From assembly GCA_051942245.1 (NCBI GenBank), contig JAVECL010000027.1, positions 62,001 through 91,850 on the forward strand: 29,850 nt of DNA, given 5' to 3'. Under the pieces are notes generated by a model that was given only the letters and a program-made list of their open reading frames with translations, ran no database searches and was not told the origin of the DNA. Shown here piece after piece: positions 20,908-29,850 of the stretch (its first letter is position 1; the number at the start of each line of letters is the position of its first letter). The position numbers were made by a program, and so were the translations under genes. Source of the DNA: Trypethelium eluteriae (lineage: Eukaryota).

Positions 20908-23733
20908 AGGGGTTATAAGCAAGTTGTAATGTAATATCCCCTAATAAAGCAATAAAAGGATTGTTTAAGATTAAGGTTAAGATTAAAAACTAATAGGTTA
21001 AAGTAATAATTAATAATAATATATTAGTAAACATAATAGCAGCAATAATTACTAAAAAGATTAAACTTAACACCAAGGAAAAGGAAAAGTTATATAATTT
21101 ATATAAAGCTACTAAATTATAACTTATAGGACAAGGATAGGTGGATACTAAAACAGAACTTATTTTTATAATTACGCAAGGGCATATTAAGGAAATCCAA
21201 CTTAATATTATAAATTTAATTAGGTATAATATTATACTTGGATTATTATGGTTGCAAAATTATAACCTAAATATTAATTAGGAAATAAGGGAAATTATAT
21301 TCTTTAGGTGTAAACACGGCATTGCATAGGACCCTAGAAGAGCAGAGAATTACTTTAGGGATGAGATAAGGATGAGTTATAATGTGGCTTTAATGTTAAT
21401 AAATAAGGATAATTAAAAAGGATAAACTGGATCTGGCGTATTTAATACTTTAATAAAAGTAAAAGGTTAATTAAGGGATAACATAGAGCGTAAAAACGCT
21501 AAACTTATAATAATACCTCTTAAATATAAAGAGTATTTGCTACTTTTTAAGAAAGGGAGGGCAGAAAAAGCACTACCTCTGTACTAACTGTGGGACTATA
21601 AAATAAGATTAAAGCTAAGGAAGCAACCCACCTTTAGACCTTTATATCCTTAGTTATAAAGAGAACTAAAGATGCTTTAAGAATGGCTAAAAGAAAACCT
21701 TAGGAAGGGATTTATTTAAAAATTAGAGTCTTTGGCAGGACACCTTATACTTTTTATTCCCAAGAAGAATAGCAAACTGTGACTATGTGTTGATTACCGG
21801 AAACTTAATGCTATTATAATTAAGAATAGGTATTTATTACTTAATGCGGCAGAATTAAAAGACCGCCTAACCAGAGCAAAGTAACTCACATTATTAGATT
21901 AGAGAGATGCTTATAATTCCATCCGCATAAAAAAAAGTAAGGAATAGAAAACTGTATTTAGAATAAGATACGGACTATTTAAATCTTTAATAATGCTGTT
22001 TGGATTAATAAATACACCTACAACCTGTTAGGAATAGATTAATAATGTATTATAATTATATCTAAATATTTTCATAATTGTATATTTTAATAATATACTG
22101 ATTTATTCCAAAATAAAGAAAGAATATATAAAATATATAAAGATGGTATTAAAATATTTAAAAAAAAGGAATCTTAAATTATCACCAAAGAAGTATGTTT
22201 TTTACTAAGAATAAGTAATATTTTTAGGATATGTAATAAAAAAAAATCAGATTTGAATAAAACTAAAAAAGGTATAATTAATTTTAACATAGCTAAGGCT
22301 AATAAATGTTAAGGGGGTTTAGAGTTTCTTAGGATTTATAAATTTTAATTAATAGTTTATCCCTAAATATTCTAAGAAAGCAAAACCACTTATAGACCTC
22401 ACAAAGGGTGAGCAATTGTTTAAATAAGAATAGCCACAAAAAAGAGCCTTTAAAGTTATTAAAAAAGAGATTGCAAAAAACCTAGAATTAATAATCTATA
22501 ACCCAAAGTTACTATTAAAGCTTAAGATGGATGCTTTAAATTTTGCAATAGGCGCTTGCCTATTATAATGGGTAAATAGGAAGTGGAGACTGATAGGATA
22601 CTACTCAAAAAAAATACTCCTGCTAAACTAAATTATGACATCCATAACAAAAAGTTGCTGGCAATAATAGCAGCAATGGAGCACTAAAGAGCGTACATAA
22701 AAGGGACACCCAAATTAAATATTTATACTAACCACAAAAATCTGTTAATATTTACAATAATAAAACAGTTAAACTAATAATAAGTTAAATAGGCAGAACT
22801 CCTTAAATAATATAAGTTTATTATACATTACGCGCCAGGAAAAGAGAATAAAAGAGCGGATGTATTAAGTCAATAAAAAGACTATTAGGGAAATAAAAAA
22901 GTGTACTAGGCAGTATTTAAGGAAAAGAATAATAGCACTCTTAAAAGCATTTCTTAAAAGTTTGGATTAATTCTTAATATCTTAAAAGATAAGAATAAAT
23001 AGTTCCTTATTATTACTTAAAAGCTATAAATTCTGAATAATAAAATTAATTATTACATTCAAAGATATTATAATAAACCGCAATATAGACATCTTAGAGT
23101 TATATAAACACTTAGGAATATATCTTAAAACTGCATTTTTAATAATATAAAATAGAAAGTCTAAAGTTATGTGGCAAAATGTAATTACTGCAAAAGAAAT
23201 AAGCATAGTACCCAAAAAAGAAAAGGTACTATCCAACCAATTTAAGCACTAATAAGACCTTAGGAGCAGATTATAATAAACTTTATTACAGACTTACCTG
23301 TGTTAAAGCACCTAATAACCAGAGAAGTTTACATAGCAATTTATGTGATAATATGCAGACTAATAAAGTATATAATACTAATTTTATTTAACAAAAAATA
23401 TGGGATAAAAAAAATAGTATGGATACTCTTTAAAAGAATAATATTAGACTTCAGATTACCTATCTTAATAATATTAGATAGAGATAGAAGGTTTACAGCT
23501 AAATTCTTCTAAATGTTAATAGCAAACTTAGGGACTAAAACCAAGTTATCAACAGCGTATCACAAGGAGACTGATGGATAAACTAAATAGATAAACTAAT
23601 TACTAGAATAGTTCTTAAGATACTATATTAGTGATTTATAAGATAATTAGGTATTATTATTACTTATGGCATAATTGTGTATTAATACTAAAGAATCCAG
23701 TATAATAAAGTTCGCGCCTATTTAAGGACTAAT
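20883..23733 (+). pseudogene. pol: pol of copy B (PR, RT, RNase H, integrase), -1 frame relative to gag
   Basis: LCVDYRKLNAIIIKNRY (~21785-21835), YFNN for YLDD (22083-22094), NYDIHNKKLLAII (~22630-22670), NFITDLP (~23280-23300), LDRDRRFTAKF, STAYHKETDG (~23550-23580). Confidence 0.92.
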
Positions 23734-24229
23734 TGTTATGAGCCTATACCCCCTGGTACAAGCACGGCTTGTAGCAGGTACGTAGAGTGGTCTCAGGGGT
23801 TTTTCACGTAGGAGCGGAGTGTTAAGGATCCAATAATGTAAGAAGGGTTACTAAGCTTTGAACAACTTGGTAATAAATAAGGATTTGTTTAATTTAGCTC
23901 ATAACTAACTGTAGGTACAGTTTTGGTATGATAATAAAACGCAAGGAAGTTAGTTAAGCTGGTTTCCTCCTACATATATATACTTATGATCTTTTTAATC
24001 ACAGCTGTTATCCTTCTGATTAGATCTTTACTAATCTTGGGTTAATTATTACTAATTAGTGTGATAACCTGTGATCTATGGGTGATCACCCTAAATTACT
24101 TTATCCTAATCTGTGGCTTATTACTATTAATTAGTTATGTGACCTTTACTTGTTACAACCTATTTATAGAACACTTGCAGTAAGTATAAAGGAGATGGCG
24201 TTTAGCTTTAACGCGGCTGGGTTATAACA
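23734..24229 (-). repeat. 3' LTR of copy D (496 bp)
   Basis: tgttatgag...gttataaca followed by the PPT complement. Confidence 0.93.
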
Positions 24230-24310
24230 TTACCTCTCCCCTTTTTAACTGTCGGCCTGACAGTTGTTCTGGTGTAGTATATATAGCAGCTGATAATGTA
24301 TTTAATTATT

Positions 24311-24874
24311 ATGGCTTCCGCCCGCATTCCTGCTTCTTCCATACTTTATTATTACTGTCTTATTGCTAAACTTTGTAAGGCCCCTATTATAATGCGTCTT
24401 TGCCATAACTGCGTGCATTAAAAACTGGACTGCCGCATTAATTCTAACTCCTAAAGATGTTTAGAGTGTGTAAGGAGGAATTATCCTTATAATTTGGCCT
24501 TTTTTAAGGTTAACTTTAACAAAATTAACTGTGAGATAAATTAGGTTTGGGACAAAATAATAGAATCCATAGCTAAGACTAATTATTTGCGGAAATAATT
24601 AGAGTTCCTTTGCAAGTGCTAATAATCCTTAGCTTTTAATAAGACTTAAAACATTCTAAACCTTAAGTCTAAGGAAGGAAAACCTAAGGAGGTTGCTTTG
24701 CTTAAGGAGTAAGACCCTTTTTATATTATTCCTAAAATTGCGTGGGATATGTTAATAAAAAAATTAACCTCCTTTTTTATTAACTCTTAACTTAATTGGA
24801 TTCTTTCTAATAATGCGTTTTTCTTATTAAGTTTTAATATTATTGTATCTTTTTTTTATATTTGGCTAGTGTAA
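24311..24874 (+). pseudogene. RIP-mutated antisense ORF of copy D (Zn(II)2Cys6-like motif plus coiled coil, up to ~187 aa); end approximate
   Basis: ATG 24311; MASARIPASS...MRLCHNCVH*KLDCRINSNS*RCLECVRRNYPYNL...ESIAKTNYLRK*LEFL. Internal stops are TAA/TAG, consistent with RIP of CAA/CAG/CGA. Confidence 0.75.
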
Positions 24875-27800
24875 TCCTTATTTTTTAAGTATTTTTTAAA
24901 TTTAGGTATCCTTTTTATTTTATTAAGTACTTCCTATTTTCTTTTTATAGGATCTTTTTTACTTTAAACTTGTGTTCCTCTTCTAATTTATAATTAAATA
25001 TCTCTGCGTATGGTATGCTTTTATTTACTAATTTTAATAAAAATAAATAAAATACTGGGTGGATTTAAGCATCCTACGGAAGGTTTAACTTATAATTAAC
25101 TTTATTTTTCTTTTCCTTAATAATAAATAAATTAACCTTTACTGCACTAAGCTTCTTATAAGGTTTTTTTATTTTCAAATTTTTTGTAAGTAAATATACT
25201 TTATCTCCTTTTTTTAATTAAGGTTTATTTACTTTTTTGTTATTTTAAATTAAACTTTTATTTCTTTTATTAATATTCTTGGTTATTTTATTATGTATTA
25301 GTCTTATTATTTTTCCACACTTTTCTCCCAATGCTAATGTTATTCTAATAGGTATTGGTTGAATTAGTGGTGGTATATATCCTATTAGTCCCTAAATAAG
25401 CGCGAACTTTATTATACTGGATTCTTTAGTGTTAATACACAACTATGCTATAAGTAGTAACAATACCTAATTATCTTGTAGATTATTAATATAGTATCTT
25501 AAGAACTATTCCAGTAATTAGTTTATCTGTTTAGTTTATCCGTCAGTCTCCTTATGATACGCTGTTGATAACTTGGTTCTAATCCCTAAGTTTGCCATTA
25601 ATATTTAGAAGAATTTAGCTATAAACTGTCTATCCCAGTCTGATATTATTAAGATAGGTAATCTGAAGTATAATATTACTCTTTTAAAGAGTATTTATGC
25701 TGTTTCCTTTATCCCATACTTTTTATTAAATAGGATTAGTATCATATACTTTATTAGTCTGCATACTATCACGTAGATTGCTGTGTAGACTTCTCTGGTT
25801 ATTAGGTGCTTTAACATAGGCAAGTCTGTGATAAAGTCTATTGTAATCTGCTCCCAAGGCCTTATTAGTGCTTAAATTGGTTGGATGGTGCCTTTTCTTC
25901 TTTGGGTACTGTGCTTATTTCTTTTGCAGTAATTACATTTTGCCACATAGCTCTAGACTTTCTGCTTTATATTGTTAAAAATGCAGTTTTGAGATATATT
26001 CCTGAGTGTTTATGCAACTCTAGGATGTCCATATCGCGGTTTATTATAATATCTTTAAATATAATAATCAACTTTATTATTTAGAATCTGTAATTTTTAA
26101 GTAATAATAAGGAACTGTTTATCCTTATCTTCCAAGATGTTAAGAATTAATCCAAACTCTTAGGAAATGCTTTTAAAAATGCTATTATTCTTTTCCTTAA
26201 ATACTGCTTGGTACACTTTTTTATTTCTTTAATAATCTTCTTATTAACTCAAAGCATCTGCTTTTTTATTTTCCTTCCTTAGTGCATAATATATAATAAA
26301 CTTGTATTGTTTAAGGAGTTCTGCCCATCTGACTTATCTTTAATTTAACTGTTTTATTATTATAAACATTAATAGATTCTTGTGGTTAGTATAAACATCC
26401 AGTCTAAGTATTCCTTTTATGTACGCTCTCCAGTATTCCATTGCTGCTATTATTGCTAGCAATTCCTTATTATAAATGTTATAATTTAGTTCAGCAGGAG
26501 TTATTTTTTTTAAGTAATATCCTATCAGTCTCCACTTCCCATCTACCCATTATAATAGGCAAGTGCTTATTACAAAATCTAAAGCATTTATCTTAAGCTT
26601 TAGTAGTAACTTTGGGTTATAAATTATCAGTTCTAGGTCTTTTGTAATCTCCTTTTTAATAACTTTAAAGGCTCTTTTTTGTGGCTATTCCCATTTAAAT
26701 AATTACTCACCCTTTATAAGGTTTATGAGTGGTTTTACTTTTTTGGAATATTTAGGGATAAATTATTGGTTAAAGTTTGTAAATCTTAAGAAACTTTAAA
26801 CCCCCTTAATATTTATTGGCTTTAGCTATGTTAAAATTAATTATACCTTTTTTGGCTTTATTTAGATCTAATCTTTTCTTATTACATATCCTAAGAATAT
26901 TACTTGTTTTTAGTGGAAGATATACTTCTTTAGTAATAGTTTAAGATTCCTTTTCCTTAAATATTTTAATACTATCTTTACATGTTTTACATATTCTTCC
27001 TTTATTTTGGAATAAATTAGTATATTATTAAGATATATAATTATAAAGATGTCCAGATATGGTTATAATATATTATTGATTTATTCCTGATAGGTTATAG
27101 GTGTGTTTATTAATCTAAACAGTATTATTAAGGATTTAAATAGTCCATATCTTATTTTAAATGCAGTTTTTTATTCCTCACCTTCCTTTATGTGGATAGA
27201 ATTATAGGCATTCTTTTGATCTAATAATGTAAGCTACTTTACTCTGGTTAGGCAGTCTTTTAGTTCTGCCGTATTAAGTAACGGATACCTATTCTTAACC
27301 ATAATAGCATTAAGTTTCTAGTAATTAACACATAATTGCAGTTTGCTATTCTTTTTAGGAATAAAAAGTATGGGGTATCCTGCTGAAGACTCTAATTTTT
27401 GGATAAATCCTTTCTTAAGGTTTTCTTTTAGCTATTTTTGAAGTGTCTTTAGTTCTCTCTGTAACTGGGGATATAAAGGTTTAAAAGTGGGTTGCTTCCC
27501 TGGCTCCAGTTTTATTTTATGGTCCCATAATTAGTGCGGAGGCAGTGCTTTTTCTGCCCTCCCTTTCTTAAAAAGTAGCAAATACTTCTTATATTTAAAA
27601 GGTATTGTTATAAGTTCGGCGTCCTTACGCTCTGTGTTATTTTTTAATTAACCTTTTACCTTTATTAAAGTATTAAATACGCCGGATTTAATTTGTCCTT
27701 TTTAATTATCTTTATTTATTAATATTAAAGCTATACCATAGCTTATCCTTATTTTATCCCTAAAGCAATTCTCTGCTCTTCTGGGGTCTTATATAATGCC

Positions 27801-29713
27801 GTGTTTGCACCTAAAGAATATAATTTCCCCTGTTTCTTAATTAATATCCGGGTTATAATTTCGCAATTATAATAATCTAAGTATAATATTATACCTAATT
27901 AGATTTATAATATTAAGTTGGATTTCCTTAGTGTGCCCTTACATAATTATGGAAATAAGTTCTGTTTTGGTATCTATTTATCCTTATCTTATAAGTTGTG
28001 GTCTGGTAGCTTTATATAAACTGTATAACTTTTCCTTTTCCTTAATATTAAGTCCAATCTTTTTAGTAGTTATTGCTACTATTATGTTTATTAATGTATT
28101 ATTATTAATTATTGCTTTAACCTGCTGGTTTTTAATCTTAACCTTAATCTTAAACAATCCTATTATTACTTTGTTAGGGGATGTTATATTACAACTTGCT
28201 TATAACCCCTTTATAAGAAGTTGTTAACTTTTCCCTTTTTATTATTTATCTTCCTAGCGGTGTTATAGCAGGCTTGCTATTTTGGTTTTATATCCTTATA
28301 ATCTAGGCAATATTTATAGCAATTTAGGTTATTGTATTAACATCTCGCACAATAATCCGCTTGCTCTTGGCGGTGTTTAACACACATAATACTAACATAT
28401 TTTAGCCAGTTTATTATTTTACACACAGACAGTTTATAGGGTGGTTTTAGACATAATCCCTGTTTGGATCTGCTCCTTCCCTAAGCTACACTATTACCTA
28501 GTCTGTGGTATGGGCAGGTCTCCTTTTCTTTATAGAACTTTTTGCTTAATTAACTATGCTTGCTTTCCTATTCTTAGTGGAATGCACAATCCTTAAGCCC
28601 GCATTTAGTAAAATGCTAAAGTTGGTGTTGTAACCTTTTTTTATTCTATTCCTTGTTTTATTAATGCTTTTTACATGCATCATCTTAATATTACTCCCAT
28701 CCGGTTATCCAATTGTGGTTGGGATGCTGTGAGAGTCTATAGACCTCCTTCCAGTATCTGAAATTCCATTATTCTAAATTCCATATAATTGTTAGGAGTT
28801 TAAGGTGTGTTATAACATAAGCACAATGGATCTTGCAGTTTTGCATTACACATCTTCCTAGGATTTTATGATCTGGGTAATCCTCTATTTTTGACACTAA
28901 GTGCACATAATCCTCATGCTTCTTTTGCGTTGCTACCTCTCCTTAAATACTGTAAGTAATTTCTAGTAGGTCCTCTTAGCTGTTCGCAGGGTTTGTAACT
29001 TCCTCCCATGAAGTACTTTCCTCTGCATCGGATTTGTTGTCGAATGTCTGATACTGGAAAACATCTAAGTTCCTAGTATTATCATTACTTATTAGTTTGT
29101 TAATAATAATCTCATCTTCTCTTAGGTGGACTTAGGTTGCCATATTAAATTCTTCCCTATAATCCACCTTATTCTTGGATTAACAGTTTTTTGCTATATG
29201 CCCTGGCTTTCCATAGGCATAGCACTTCTTTTTTGTTTGGGCACCTTTTTCCTTCTTACTTTATACTAGGTTGGAGTACTAAACTCCTTCCATTGGTTTA
29301 TTATTATTGTAATGCTGAGTAATTCCTCTTATTCTTCCTGCTAGAATGTATAGGGCTGATTGCCTTTCTATACGCCTTGCATAAAGTTTATTGTCCAGTT
29401 TAATTAAGGTGTTAATAAATTCTTGCAACATGTTAGTAGAGCTGCTATAGCGCATTAGCTTGTCCTTAATATCATCCTTAAGTCCTCTTTAATACATGGG
29501 TTGTAATGCTTTATTATTTTATTTTAGTTTGTTAGAATACTCCTAGAATTTAGCTGCGTAATCCGCTGTTAAAGTTTTTTATACTAGATTTTAAACTGCT
29601 TACTTTATTATTTTAACTTTGTTAAAGATTCTAAAAATCCGCCTAAGCTCTCTTTTAAATTAAGGGAATCTTACAAAAAAACTATTAGGGTCCTCTAAAT
29701 TATTAAGATATAA

Positions 29714-29850
29714 TGTTACGAACGCTCCTGACCAAGGACGCGTTGGAGGTAGCCACTACTTGTAGTGCACCAATCGCGTAACACTGAGCGCGTCTCGCAA
29801 CAGGAGTAAGCGAGGACGTGGCACGGACGCCTCGACCATCTCGCAGCGAG
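29714..29850 (+). mobile_element. Start of another LTR (copy E) inserted in gag of D; GC-rich, little RIP; runs off the window
   Basis: Abrupt TGTTACGAACG, the same terminus as the sense start of the copy A LTR (TGTTATGAACG). Homology of D to A ends at 29713. Orientation is inferred from this terminus. Confidence 0.75.

Larger units (their letters stand above)
18653..23733 (+). mobile_element. Chromovirus copy B: 5' LTR, gag and pol to the integrase core; inserted in C and interrupted by D
   Basis: LTR TGTTACGA begins abruptly within C integrase. Domain order gag-PR-RT-RH-IN. Confidence 0.95.
23734..29713 (-). mobile_element. Chromovirus copy D: 3' LTR, PPT, antisense ORF, complete pol and most of gag; inserted in B and interrupted by E
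   Basis: LTR 23734-24229, PPT 24230-24246, chromodomain FKVKKIL..KYLIK*KGYLNLKNT*K (~24835-24968, -), IHPVF module; colinear with A and B. Confidence 0.95.

Noticed and set aside
11981..28227. Hydrophobic 67-98 aa ORFs in the AT-rich region (11981, 12663, 23024, 25881, 27931)
   Set aside because: Antisense artefacts of RIPped pol; ORF 23300-23512 is just a stop-free piece of integrase
11980..29713. AT-rich block as organellar or foreign DNA
   Set aside because: Fully explained by transition-mutated copies of one LTR retrotransposon family

Overview
Filamentous-ascomycete (Pezizomycotina-type) genomic DNA with two compartments. Bases 1 to ~11980 are of balanced GC content and hold spliceosomal genes: a 4-exon secreted Ser/Thr-rich, probably GPI-anchored protein (1929-5706, +) and a convergent secreted protein with a degenerate CNF1-like deamidase motif (5924-6847, -). 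They are followed by three co-oriented relics that look like the left end of a decayed Starship-type giant transposon: a DUF3435 tyrosine-recombinase pseudogene (~8124-8975), a HET-domain pseudogene (9580-9901) and a PD-(D/E)XK-like gene truncated at ~11979. From 11980 to the end is an AT-rich, RIP-mutated nest of one Ty3/gypsy chromovirus family: copies A (-), C (-), B (+), D (-), a 25-bp remnant of an older copy, and the start of a further LTR (E) at 29714. Comparing copies to undo RIP shows an antisense ORF between pol and the 3' LTR with full Zn(II)2Cys6 spacing plus a coiled coil. It also shows a Tf1-like self-priming PBS, U3 regions exchanged at the predicted transcription start, a long Cys/His-rich Gag extension and a -1 slippery site. 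All family assignments are from motif recognition by eye; no searches were run.
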